Virus record (IMG/VR): IMGVR_UViG_3300011840_000036
Span: 1-48,038 of that record
Direction: 5' to 3' (one strand)
Length of the DNA stretch: 48,038 nt
From: a virus
Taxonomy: Duplodnaviria; Heunggongvirae; Uroviricota; Caudoviricetes
Shown here: in pieces, positions 9,123 through 18,441 of the stretch
Numbering within the stretch: the first letter of the stretch is position 1
How the letters are laid out: each line of letters starts with the position of its first letter
Made by a program: the position numbers and the translations under genes
Notes under the pieces: model-generated
What the model saw: the letters and a program-made list of their open reading frames with translations, nothing else
What the model was told of the DNA's origin: nothing
Database searches by the model: none

Positions 9123-9576
9123 GCAGCAAATCCGACAGGTCTGCCGCCAGTGCATGGACCGCTGCCGGGCGGGTGAAACATGGCCTCCGGACCTGGCTGA
9201 GTTTGTGGCGCTGATTTCGGAAAGCGGGGCCAATCCATTTGGTCTGACGGTGGATGCTGTGATGGAGGAGTACCGCCGCTGGCGCAATGAGTCCTGGCGA
9301 TACGACGGAAGTGATAAGTACCCTTGGTCTCAGCCTGTGCTGTATCACATTTGCCTCGAGATGCGTTCAAAGGGGATTGAACGCCAGATGACCGAAGGGG
9401 AATTAAAACGGCTTGCAGAACGGCAGCTGACGAAATGGGCAAAGCATGTTAGTCACGGCCTGAGCGTTCCGCCAGTACGGCGACAACTGGCGGCACCAAA
9501 ACGCCCGTTGGGACCAACGCCAATTGAGTTGCTGAAACAGGAGTATGAACGCCGGAAAGCGGCTGGTTTTGTTTGA
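8911..9576 (+). CDS. Replication protein P-like helicase loader
   Basis: C-terminal half aligns by eye with lambda P ([13 protein letters not shown]..., YPWSQ..., [14 protein letters not shown]...). Candidate starts at 8911 (AGGGGG RBS), 9034 and 9115 (ATGACTGA overlapping the O stop). Confidence 0.65.
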   Translation: MQQHQVAPHHGQFRKFGKHVSSGNVKTDLSATETAWKLWELMGEVYSNRWTQKNGAAPSKLWIAQIGAMTEQQIRQVCRQCMDRCRAGETWPPDLAEFVALISESGANPFGLTVDAVMEEYRRWRNESWRYDGSDKYPWSQPVLYHICLEMRSKGIERQMTEGELKRLAERQLTKWAKHVSHGLSVPPVRRQLAAPKRPLGPTPIELLKQEYERRKAAGFV

Positions 9577-9610
9577 GTTGAGAAGTAATTTTTACCGGGA
9601 GGAAATTTTA

Positions 9611-10357
9611 ATGGAAACCGTTTTTGATGCACTGAAAGCAATGGGAAAAGCCACGTCGGTAGAGCTGGCTGCGCGACTTGATATCAGTCGTGAAGAAGTG
9701 CTGAACGAGCTGTGGGAACTGAAAAAGGCTGGCTTCGTTGATAAAAGCGTATACACCTGGCGTGTGGCTTATAACAACGTTCAGCAGGAACAGCCAGCGC
9801 CGGCAGAACTGTCGGAAGAAACCACCACGGCAACAGTCGCTAAAATTTCGGAGTGCGATTTAACTGCGACGGTTGAACAACGCGGACCACAAACGGCTGA
9901 TGAGCTGGCTACGTTGTTCGGTACAACATCACGCAAAGTGGCTTCAACGCTGGCAATGGCAATCAGCAAAGGTCGTCTGATTCGTGTAAACCAGAACGGT
10001 AAATTTCGTTACTGCATGCCGGGCGATAAGTTACCAGCAGAGCCGAAATCCGTGCCGGTAACGGAAAATGATGGTAAAGCCTTTCCTCAGCCAGCCGGTG
10101 TTGCGTTACCAGTACAGGAAGCTGCAACACAGGAAGATATTAAAACAGAAACTGTGGCTGATATTGTGCAATCGTTGCCATCGTTTACTGAAACGCGAGC
10201 GGATGACCTGGTTTTACCATCGCTGCATATGGCAAACCGCGAATTGCGTCGGGCGAAAAGTCATGTCCAGAAGTGGGCGCGAGTCTGCGCCGCGCTGCGG
10301 GAGCTGAACAAGCACCGGGATATGGTTGCCGGGATTTGTCGGAAGCCCGGGCAATGA
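9611..10357 (+). CDS. Winged-helix DNA-binding protein (DUF1627-like prophage protein)
   Basis: Start at [30 protein letters not shown]... with GGGAGG RBS; N-terminal wHTH followed by a Q/E/T-rich low-complexity region. Confidence 0.55.
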   Translation: METVFDALKAMGKATSVELAARLDISREEVLNELWELKKAGFVDKSVYTWRVAYNNVQQEQPAPAELSEETTTATVAKISECDLTATVEQRGPQTADELATLFGTTSRKVASTLAMAISKGRLIRVNQNGKFRYCMPGDKLPAEPKSVPVTENDGKAFPQPAGVALPVQEAATQEDIKTETVADIVQSLPSFTETRADDLVLPSLHMANRELRRAKSHVQKWARVCAALRELNKHRDMVAGICRKPGQ

Positions 10358-11024
10358 GCGGATGGTGCAGGCCTGAAATTATGATACTAACAATGAAGGT
10401 AAAATGCATTGGCAGTCTGATTGGTCGTAGTGAGGCGGCGGTCAGGATGAAAGCCCGGGTTAAGGGAATAAGCCTGATTCTGCGGGGTAATTTTCACCAG
10501 TCAACAAAATATCCGTAGCGCGATAACGGTCAAAAATCATGGCGCTGACACTTTTGTGCCACTGGAGATGACTGTACCTAAGTTCAGGGGAGAAGAACAC
10601 GTCCGGTGGGATGGTCGGGCCAGATTTAAAGGGCAGGTCATGGCTCCAGCCAGTACGCTGGCAATGGAGGCTGCCTGGCTGGAAATTGATATGGGAACCA
10701 CGCCACTCAGGGATTTACTGCCGGTCCAGAGAATAAATTCCTGTTACGGTTACACCACTGTGATCTTGCAAGTGCAGGAAAGTAGGTCTACACGGTAACG
10801 CGAGTGCGTGTAACTTTTGATGTTATTTCCGTAGAAACACCGGACAAATTTTCGCTGGCAGGTCATGCTGAAGGTATAATTCTGCAGATTATGGACAATT
10901 ACGGATATCCGGCAAGAGCCGGAAAAAGCATGCCGCCTTTAATTCTCAGTGGAAGATGGACTTGATTATACTCATTGCATTGTCAGAAATAGTTATCCAT
11001 TAAAGGCTGGCTATTCCAAACAGG

Positions 11025-11052
11025 ATGTTGATTACAAAAATGTAATCAACAT
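11025..11052. repeat. Perfect 28-bp palindrome ATGTTGATTACA-AAAA-TGTAATCAACAT (candidate operator or hairpin)
   Basis: 12-bp perfect inverted arms with a 4-nt spacer in the AT-rich region about 165 bp upstream of the 11217 gene. Confidence 0.6.
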
Positions 11053-11216
11053 GTAAGGTTTATACTCTTCAATATGCGTATAATTTTCCTTATTTTGTTA
11101 GCTTTAAATAACAAGCTATGCACGAGGTAAAGTCGGATAAGTTTATCTGGATGTAATATATATTATTTGTAGTGTTTATAACTTTATTTCATGATAACCA
11201 ATAAAAGGAGTTTTTT

Positions 11217-11975
11217 ATGAGGAACATAATGGCAGGTTTTTTAATATTTCTGTCTTCTGCTGCTTATGCTGATATCAATCTGTATGGTCCTGGTGGCCCG
11301 CATACAGCCTTGCTTGATGCAGCCAAACTTTATGCCGAAAAAACAGGTATTATAGTGAACGTTCATTACGGCCCACAGAACAAATGGAATGAAGATGCCA
11401 AAAAAAATGCAGATATCTTGTTTGGCGCATCAGAACAATCTGCTCTGGCTATCATTCGGGACCATAAAGACAGCTTCAGTGAAAAAGATATTCAGCCTCT
11501 TTATCTGCGAAAAAGTATTTTACTGGTAAAGAAAGGTAATCCTAAAAATATCCGGAGTATTGACGACCTGACCAGACCCGGGATTGGCGTAATTGTTAAT
11601 GATGGTGGTGGTACCAGTAATACATCAGGCACTGGCGTCTGGGAAGATATTGCCGGACGTAAAGGGAATATAGAAACTGTCGCCGCAATCCGAAAAAATA
11701 TTATTTTATATGCGCCCAATAGCGGAACTGCACGTAAGGCTCTTGAGAATCAGCCTGAAGCAGATGTCTGGATAACCTGGGCTGACTGGGCAGCCAGTAA
11801 TCCAGAAATTGGTGATGTCGTGGAAATAGCGCCAGACTACGTGATATGGCGTGATATGAACATTACAGTACGTCAGGATGCAAATGATGAAACCCGTCGA
11901 TTTGCAGAATGGCTACAAACCGATGAAGCGGCGCCTGCATTCAAAAAATATGGCTGGACCAGGAAAGGCACTTGA
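11217..11975 (+). CDS. Orphan periplasmic substrate-binding protein (ModA-like type 2 PBP fold) with signal peptide; moron
   Basis: 252-aa ORF; N-terminal MAGFLIFLSSAAYA signal-like segment; overall resemblance to ModA-type binding proteins (C-terminal ...FKKYGWT); AT-rich with its own promoter-like region and terminator; no permease or ATPase partner. Confidence 0.7.
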   Translation: MRNIMAGFLIFLSSAAYADINLYGPGGPHTALLDAAKLYAEKTGIIVNVHYGPQNKWNEDAKKNADILFGASEQSALAIIRDHKDSFSEKDIQPLYLRKSILLVKKGNPKNIRSIDDLTRPGIGVIVNDGGGTSNTSGTGVWEDIAGRKGNIETVAAIRKNIILYAPNSGTARKALENQPEADVWITWADWAASNPEIGDVVEIAPDYVIWRDMNITVRQDANDETRRFAEWLQTDEAAPAFKKYGWTRKGT

Positions 11976-11981
11976 CATCCT

Positions 11982-12010
11982 CCACGTCCTTCAGGACGTG
12001 GATTCTTTTT
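11982..12010 (+). terminator. Rho-independent terminator after the binding-protein moron
   Basis: CCACGTCC-ttca-GGACGTGG perfect 8-bp stem followed by ATTCTTTTT. Confidence 0.7.
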
Positions 12011-12096
12011 CCGGATGCCGCGCCAGCGGCATGTAGGGGCAGCTCACAAAACGGAAAAAATTGTACGCTAAGCCTCGCCAGGTGAACTGAATTCAT

Positions 12097-12122
12097 TCCG
12101 ATATGGGAATTCCCATATCGGA
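12097..12122. repeat. Perfect 26-bp palindrome TCCGATATGGGAATTCCCATATCGGA
   Basis: Spacer-less inverted repeat centred on GAATTC, upstream of the hok/mok locus. Confidence 0.6.
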
Positions 12123-12256
12123 CGAAAACGGCTTGCTGTAACGGCAGAGTTAAGTAGAATTGCTGCGGGTGCTTGAGGCTATCTGCCTCGGGCATGAACA
12201 CCAACGGCAGATAGATAAAAGCCCCACCCGACTATAAATCGAAGTGAGGCCCCTAT

Positions 12257-12469
12257 ATGCTCGTCACATATAGATTGCCTCTTACGGACCGAAAGGTCAA
12301 GGAGAAGCAGGCTATGAAGCAGCAAAAGGCGATGTTAATCGCCCTGATCGTCATCTGTTTAACCGTCATAGTGACGGCACTGGTAACGAGGAAAGACCTC
12401 TGCGAGGTACGAATCCGAACCGGCCAGACGGAGGTCGCTGTCTTCACAGCTTACGAACCTGAGGAGTAA
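12257..12469 (+). CDS. mok-like overlapping reading frame (modulator of killing) of a hok/sok-type locus
   Basis: 70-aa ORF starting 57 nt upstream of hok and read in the same frame through hok, as in hok/mok loci. Confidence 0.45.
   Translation: MLVTYRLPLTDRKVKEKQAMKQQKAMLIALIVICLTVIVTALVTRKDLCEVRIRTGQTEVAVFTAYEPEE
12314..12469 (+). CDS. hokD: Hok/Gef family type I toxin (HokD/RelF-like)
   Basis: 51-aa product MKQQKAMLIALIVICLTVIVTALVTRKDLCEVRIRTGQTEVAVFTAYEPEE is a typical Hok peptide (single TM segment, conserved C-terminus); followed by a terminator. Confidence 0.8.
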   Translation: MKQQKAMLIALIVICLTVIVTALVTRKDLCEVRIRTGQTEVAVFTAYEPEE

Positions 12470-12537
12470 GAGACCAGGCGGGGGAGAAATCCCTCGCCAC
12501 CTCTGATGTGTCAGGCATCCTCAACGCACCCGCACTT

Positions 12538-12566
12538 AACCCGCTTCGGCGGGTTTTTGTTTTTAT
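12538..12566 (+). terminator. Rho-independent terminator downstream of hok
   Basis: ACCCGC-ttcg-GCGGGT stem followed by TTTTTGTTTTT. Confidence 0.65.
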
Positions 12567-12689
12567 TTTCAACGCGTTTGAAGTTCCGGACGGCGCCGGA
12601 ATAGAATCAAAAATACTTAAGTAGCGCGCAGGGAGAAGAGGGATGGACCCCGAACAGGGGAGTGCTATTTATCTGGAAGGATTCTGTTG

Positions 12690-12950
12690 ATGAAAATCGA
12701 AGAATTACGTGAAATTTTTAGTGAAGATGGCCTCTATACTGTGCGCGTTGAGAAGGGCGCTATTGTCAGCCACTGCCGTATTAAATGTTTACAGTCTCAA
12801 CAAAGGAAGAGTGGAGCTGCGTTAATTCATTTTGTGGATGGGCTTGTGACGGATGGTTTTATTTTGCGTGCAAATGAATTTGTCACATCGTTGCCGTCTC
12901 TGAAAGACGCTGGGATTAAGGCTGGTTTTTCTGCTTTTGAAGATGAGTGA
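12690..12950 (+). CDS. Hypothetical protein
   Basis: 86-aa ORF with GGAAGGA RBS upstream of ATG 12690. Confidence 0.45.
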   Translation: MKIEELREIFSEDGLYTVRVEKGAIVSHCRIKCLQSQQRKSGAALIHFVDGLVTDGFILRANEFVTSLPSLKDAGIKAGFSAFEDE

Positions 12951-13016
12951 ATTCATCTACAATTCAGCGCAGGGCTGAACCCCTGTTGAGTAACACTGTG
13001 CCACCGGAGAAAGCCG

Positions 13017-13295
13017 ATGGCGCAAAATTCCAGACTACACAATTCTGATAATTCAGCCGTCTTTGCCAGCAGGCACGGGCGGCGTTCTCATGCATTCAAA
13101 TCTGACTGGTTCCAACACGACCCATGCACTGAAGAACAGGCCGAATGGCTGATTCAGAACTACCGCAGACGTGGGTATGAGTTTAGGAAAGCCCTCAGCC
13201 TCGATTATCGTCACTGGATAATCTCCGTCAGGCTTCCTTACTCCGAACGCCCACCGCGTCCGTCCCGCACATTCCAGCAACGCATCTGGAGGTAA
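13017..13295 (+). CDS. Hypothetical protein (Rem-position gene upstream of the ydfU-like gene)
   Basis: 92-aa ORF; stop overlaps the RBS/start of the following gene; position matches the Qin rem-ydfU arrangement. Confidence 0.5.
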   Translation: MAQNSRLHNSDNSAVFASRHGRRSHAFKSDWFQHDPCTEEQAEWLIQNYRRRGYEFRKALSLDYRHWIISVRLPYSERPPRPSRTFQQRIWR

Positions 13296-13296
13296 C

Positions 13297-14352
13297 GTGC
13301 GGGTATTACTTCGACCTGTTCTGGTACCGGAACTCGGGCTGGTGGTCCTTAAGCCAGGTCGTGAATCCATGCAGGTATTTCACAATACCCGGGTGCTGGT
13401 GGAGCCGGAACCGAAAAGCATGCGTAATCTGCCGTCCGGGGTCGTTCCTGCCGTTCGCCAGCCGCTGGTGGAAGACAAAACATTGCTGCCATTTTTCAGC
13501 GACGAACGAGTGATTCGTGCTGCTGGTGGTGCTGGTGCATTGTCTGACTGGCTGTTGCGCCATATTAAATCCTGCCAGTGGCCACACGGCGATTATCATC
13601 ACAGCGAAACCGTCATTCACCGTTATGGTACCGGCGCAATGGTGTTGTGCTGGCACTGCGACAACCAGCTGCGTGACCAGACCTCCGAATCATTCGGGCA
13701 ACTTGCTCACCAAAATTTGTCAGCATGGATGATTGACGTCATACGCCATGCAATGAATGGCACGCAGGAGCGGGAATTATCTCTGGCTGAATTATCCTGG
13801 TGGGCGGTCCGCAATCAGGTGGCGGACGCGCTACCGGAAGCGGTATTACGTCGTTCGCTGGGGTTGCGTGCGGAAAAAATCCGCTCAATGTACCGTGAAA
13901 GCGACATCGTACCGGGAGAGCAGACCGCCACCAGCATACTGAAGCAGCGCACAAAAAATCTTGCGCCGCTGCCTCACGCCCACCAGCAAAACCCGCCACA
14001 GGAAAAGACGGTGGTCAGCATTGCCGTTGATCCGGAGTCACCGGCTCAGTATCTCCAGCGCCAGAAACCACAACGGGAAGATATGCCTGTATACACGCGC
14101 TGGGTAAAAACGCAGAAATGCATGACGTGCGGTAATCAGGCAGATGATCCGCATCACATCATTGGTCATGGGCTGGGAGGGATGGGAACAAAGGCTGATG
14201 ATTTGTTTGTTATTCCGCTGTGCCGTAAATGTCATAACGAACTGCACGCCGGGGTAAAAGATTTTGAAGAAAAACACGGCAGCCAGCTGTTGTTGCTGAT
14301 TCGTTTTTTAATGCACGCGAGAAATTCGGGTGTCCTGAAGTGGAAAGCATGA
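13297..14352 (+). CDS. YdfU-like DUF968 protein with C-terminal Cys/His (HNH-like) motif
   Basis: 351-aa ORF (GTG start, GGAGG RBS); C-terminal CMTCGNQADDPHHIIGHG...CRKCHNELH; N-terminus MRVLLRPVLVPELGL resembles E. coli YdfU as recalled. Confidence 0.7.
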   Translation: MRVLLRPVLVPELGLVVLKPGRESMQVFHNTRVLVEPEPKSMRNLPSGVVPAVRQPLVEDKTLLPFFSDERVIRAAGGAGALSDWLLRHIKSCQWPHGDYHHSETVIHRYGTGAMVLCWHCDNQLRDQTSESFGQLAHQNLSAWMIDVIRHAMNGTQERELSLAELSWWAVRNQVADALPEAVLRRSLGLRAEKIRSMYRESDIVPGEQTATSILKQRTKNLAPLPHAHQQNPPQEKTVVSIAVDPESPAQYLQRQKPQREDMPVYTRWVKTQKCMTCGNQADDPHHIIGHGLGGMGTKADDLFVIPLCRKCHNELHAGVKDFEEKHGSQLLLLIRFLMHARNSGVLKWKA

Positions 14353-14730
14353 ATGACTGAACGCATAGAATTTGTTTTGCCTTACCCGCCGACGGTGAAT
14401 CCCTACTGGCGACGTCATGGCAATACGTATTTCATCTCGGAGGCCGGAAAGCGTTATCGCCGTGATGTGGCGCTAATTGTTCGCCAGCAGCGGTTGAAAT
14501 TAAACCTGTCCGGAAGGCTGGCGATAAAGATTATTGCAGAGCCACCGGATAAGCGCCGTCGTGACCTGGACAACCTGTTGAAAGCGCCACTGGATGCGCT
14601 GACGCATGCCGGACTACTCATAGACGACGAGCAATTTGATGAAATCAATATTGTGCGTGGTCTGCCTGTTTGCGGTGGGCGACTGGGTGTGAATATATTC
14701 GTAATAAGAGGATGTAATGATGTTGCGTGA
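14353..14730 (+). CDS. rusA: Holliday junction resolvase RusA
   Basis: 125-aa ORF; motifs [10 protein letters not shown] and [19 protein letters not shown] match the RusA family by eye. Confidence 0.85.
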   Translation: MTERIEFVLPYPPTVNPYWRRHGNTYFISEAGKRYRRDVALIVRQQRLKLNLSGRLAIKIIAEPPDKRRRDLDNLLKAPLDALTHAGLLIDDEQFDEINIVRGLPVCGGRLGVNIFVIRGCNDVA

Positions 14731-15091
14731 TATTCAGCTGGTTATGGAGCGGTGGGGAGCATGGGCAGCAAATAATCATGAAGATGTAACATGGCCCTCG
14801 ATAGCTGCTGGTTTTAAAGGATTAATCCCGGCTAAAGTGAAATCACGTCCTCAGTGTTCTGATGATGACGCCATGATAATTTGTGGCTGTATGGCACGAT
14901 TAAACAAGAATAATCAGTATTTGCACGATTTGTTGGTGGATTATTACGTAGGTGGAATGACATTTATGGCTCTTGCACGTAAGCATAGATGTTCTGATGG
15001 GCTTATTGGTAAAAGACTTTATAAAGCAGAAGGTATTATTGAAGGAATGCTTATGGCTCTGAATGTCAGGTTAGATATGGATATGCGGTAG
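14717..15091 (+). CDS. Late-gene antitermination protein Q (QuuD-like small Q family)
   Basis: 124-aa [39 protein letters not shown]... closely resembles DLP12 QuuD as recalled; located just upstream of the late region. Confidence 0.8.
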   Translation: MMLRDIQLVMERWGAWAANNHEDVTWPSIAAGFKGLIPAKVKSRPQCSDDDAMIICGCMARLNKNNQYLHDLLVDYYVGGMTFMALARKHRCSDGLIGKRLYKAEGIIEGMLMALNVRLDMDMR

Positions 15092-15241
15092 GGATATATA
15101 GTGACTATGGTTATGTTTTCTATGTTTATAATCAATGTGTTTATTTTGTGGTCGTGAATTTTATGGAAAGTAAACAAAATGTTGCCAGGTGAATTGAAAA
15201 TATTGATAATCAATCTTCATCATTAAATAAAAGGAGTGTTT

Positions 15242-16060
15242 ATGTGGATTGTGTTAGCACTGTCACTGTCAACTCTCAGTTGGCATAAGGTAGTGGCTTT
15301 TTCATTGTTGACGGTGTCTGTTGTCCTGGCTGTGCTTAATGATATTATTGATTGGCCTGTGTTGTTTCTTGTTGCTACAATCGTTTTTTTTATTATTTTG
15401 AAGTTCAACTGGAAATATAACGCCTGGGCTAAATCCATATATGAAGCTGGCATAGTTTTATCAGCCATAGCATTATCTTTCCATTTATGGCCAGGGTTTC
15501 ACAATCCTGTAGTGCTAAAGTCTGTTACTGTCGGACCTCAAAGCACTCCCTATACAATGTATTTTAATTTTGATAAAGCACTGGTGCCATTTTTGTTAGT
15601 CCTGTGTACAGCTTCTTTGTTTAAAAAAGAAGTGAAATCAGAAGTATCTTTGTGGAAGTGGGGGGGGCTGTTGCTCTCTGTTCCTCTTATCCTGTTTTTG
15701 GCTGTTTTTTTTGGTGGGTTAAAGCCAGAGATTCATTTTCCTGAGTGGTTGCCAGAGTTTATATTGGCTAATTTGTTTTTTGTGTCTCTGGCAGAGGAAT
15801 CATTATTTAGAGGGTATATTCAATCACGGCTATCAGAAGTGACGTCTCCATTGGTTGCGTTAATTGTGGCGTCTTTGTTGTTTGGTTTTTTTCACTATTC
15901 AGGTGGTGCTTTACTTGTATTATTTGCCACGTTATCTGGTGTTGTGTATGGATTGTCATGGATGTGGAGTGGGCGCTTGTGGGTGGCAACCCTTTTCCAT
16001 TTTGGTCTGAATCTGTGTCACTTGTTATTCTTTACCTATCCATTCTTAAAATATAATTGA
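15242..16060 (+). CDS. CPBP-family (CAAX protease/Abi-type) intramembrane metalloprotease; moron
   Basis: Multi-pass membrane protein with EESLFRGY and FGFFH motifs typical of the CPBP/Abi family; AT-rich; AAGGAG RBS; followed by its own terminator. Confidence 0.75.
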   Translation: MWIVLALSLSTLSWHKVVAFSLLTVSVVLAVLNDIIDWPVLFLVATIVFFIILKFNWKYNAWAKSIYEAGIVLSAIALSFHLWPGFHNPVVLKSVTVGPQSTPYTMYFNFDKALVPFLLVLCTASLFKKEVKSEVSLWKWGGLLLSVPLILFLAVFFGGLKPEIHFPEWLPEFILANLFFVSLAEESLFRGYIQSRLSEVTSPLVALIVASLLFGFFHYSGGALLVLFATLSGVVYGLSWMWSGRLWVATLFHFGLNLCHLLFFTYPFLKYN

Positions 16061-16200
16061 TTTTTTCTATGGCTTTAAATTTATAACACTGAAAAATAGC
16101 AAGATGTGACATTTGCATGAAAAATATGCACGGCAAAGCATTTACGTACGTAAAAAATCATGTATGCTTTTAAGAGTGGTTATTTCACCGCATAGCCTGA

Positions 16201-16223
16201 ACCCGCCTCTGAGCGGGTTTTTT
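16201..16223 (+). terminator. Rho-independent terminator after the CPBP gene
   Basis: ACCCGC-ctctga-GCGGGT stem followed by TTTTTT. Confidence 0.65.
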
Positions 16224-16346
16224 GTGCTCGCAAAGTAGCGCAGTGCGTTAAATGTGCTGGTGGTTATTAATACTGGTCCTTCTGCTTGCAGGCTTTTTCG
16301 ACAAGAGTTATTGGTATGTCACGTTAACCAGAAAAGGGAAAAAGAC

Positions 16347-16544
16347 ATGCTAAAACAGCAGGATATGACCGAAACCGCCAGAGTGGTGTTTAATGAATTA
16401 AGCGTCACCGAACCGGCGACCGTCGGGGAGATTGCGCAGAATACTTACCTTTCACGCGAGCGCTGCCAGTTAATACTGACCCAGCTTGTTATGGCGGGCC
16501 TGGCAGATTATCAGTTCGGTTGTTACAGACGCCTTCCGCAGTGA
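16347..16544 (+). CDS. Small winged-helix-like protein (65 aa)
   Basis: Start at MLKQQDMTETARVVFNELSVTEPATVGEIAQNTYLSRERCQLIL...; pattern resembles the N-terminal wHTH of the 9611 protein; sits directly upstream of the methyltransferase. Confidence 0.45.
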   Translation: MLKQQDMTETARVVFNELSVTEPATVGEIAQNTYLSRERCQLILTQLVMAGLADYQFGCYRRLPQ

Positions 16545-16694
16545 AGGCTTTTTTATTTGTGGTAATGGGCGGCTGGTGGGTGTTAGCGGCACCTGCCAGC
16601 CATCTGCTCATGCGTTGGGGTCACAAGCAAACCTCAGGCCCATCTGCTTTGCGCAAAAGCGGAATGAGCCTATCAGAGAAGTGCTTATTGATCT

Positions 16695-17741
16695 ATGGTT
16701 AATACTGTAAAAATATCCAGTTGTGAGTTAATCAACGCTGATTGCCTGGAATTTATCCAGACCTTACCGGAAAACTCTGTCGATTTGATAGTCACAGACC
16801 CGCCATACTTTAAAGTGAAGCCCGAGGGCTGGGATAACCAGTGGAAGGGTGACGATGATTACCTGAAGTGGCTGGACCAGTGTCTGGCGCAGTTCTGGCG
16901 GGTACTGAAGCCCGCCGGAAGTCTTTACCTGTTCTGTGGGCATCGTCTGGCATCTGATATCGAGATCATGTTGCGTGAACGTTTCAACGTGCTTAACCAT
17001 ATCATCTGGGCGAAGCCGTCCGGACGCTGGAACGGGTGCAGGAAGGAAAGCCTGAGGGCATATTTCCCGGCAACAGAGCACATACTGTTTGCTGAACATT
17101 ACCAGGGGCCATATCGGCCAAAAAATGATGGCTATGTGGCAAAGGGGCGCGAGCTTAAACAGCATGTCATGGCTCCGCTGATTTCTTACTTTCGTGATGC
17201 GCGTGAATCACTGGGGATTACGCCGAAACAGATAGCGGAAGCCACCGGAAAGAAAAACATGGCTTCGCACTGGTTTGGTGCCAGCCAGTGGCAGTTACCG
17301 AACGAAGCTGATTACAGAAAGCTGCAGGCGTTGTTTGCGCGTGTTGCAGCAGAAAAACATCAACGCGGAGAACTGGAAAAGCCACACCACCATCTGGTCA
17401 GCACATACAGCGAACTGAACCGGCAATATGTCAGCCTGCTGGAAGAGTATAAATCTTTGCGGCGTTATTTTTCCGTATCGGCTGCCGTTCCTTATACGGA
17501 TGTCTGGACGCACAAACCTGTGCAGTATTATCCGGGTAAACATCCGTGTGAGAAGCCAGCAGATATGTTGCGGCAGATAATTACAGCCAGCAGTCGTCCG
17601 GGGGAACTGGTTGCAGACTTTTTTATGGGATCGGGGGCGACTATAAAGGCTGCGCTCTCTCTGGAACGTAGAGCTATTGGTGTAGAGCTGGAAACGGACA
17701 GGTTTAATCAAACGTTTGATGAAATAAGAAACAATAGTTAG
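16695..17741 (+). CDS. Orphan DNA methyltransferase (beta-class N6-adenine/N4-cytosine type)
   Basis: 348-aa ORF; DPPY motif near the N-terminus (LIVTDPPYF) and FxGxG motif near the C-terminus (DFFMGSGAT); no adjacent restriction endonuclease. Confidence 0.85.
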   Translation: MVNTVKISSCELINADCLEFIQTLPENSVDLIVTDPPYFKVKPEGWDNQWKGDDDYLKWLDQCLAQFWRVLKPAGSLYLFCGHRLASDIEIMLRERFNVLNHIIWAKPSGRWNGCRKESLRAYFPATEHILFAEHYQGPYRPKNDGYVAKGRELKQHVMAPLISYFRDARESLGITPKQIAEATGKKNMASHWFGASQWQLPNEADYRKLQALFARVAAEKHQRGELEKPHHHLVSTYSELNRQYVSLLEEYKSLRRYFSVSAAVPYTDVWTHKPVQYYPGKHPCEKPADMLRQIITASSRPGELVADFFMGSGATIKAALSLERRAIGVELETDRFNQTFDEIRNNS

Positions 17742-17907
17742 CTTTTTTTTGCGAACTTTTTAATTTTTATAATATTGTATAATTATGTTTTAAATACCTG
17801 ACATTGTTTGTATTGAAACAGGAGCGGAATTCATTATTATTCTTCGTCGGTTCCAAGGGAGGGTAATTTATGTATCCGGGCATCTCATCCACACCTGAGG
17901 AACCAAT

Positions 17908-17983
<76 letters not shown>

Positions 17984-17986
17984 TAT

Positions 17987-18061
<75 letters not shown>

Positions 18062-18414
18062 TCATTATTCTGGCAACACGAATTATACAGCACTGGCGTG
18101 TTTTTTTACGTGGGGGCAGGTTGTTTTAAGACATCTTTGGTCCTCAGGCTATGGTTTAAGGTCGGTTATAGCCTCAGTGCTGATTTTTTACAACAATGGA
18201 ATGGTGCATTATCGGTGGAGATTTAGTATTTCCTGGCAGGGCTGATGATGCACTATCCCGGTGTTGTAAAAACACTACAGAGGTGTTCCTCAGTGCGAGG
18301 GTGGTTTAAAGAGTCGGTTTAGCGGGAAACCACAGTATCCTTGTGGGGCTGGATGCTTCGGGAGGCACCCGACACTTCTGAATACAATTAAATCATGCGT
18401 TTTTATATGCCATT

Positions 18415-18441
18415 AACCGCCGCTCCAGGCGGTTTTTTTTA
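18415..18441 (+). terminator. Rho-independent terminator
   Basis: AACCGCC-gctcca-GGCGGTT stem followed by a run of 8 T. Confidence 0.65.
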
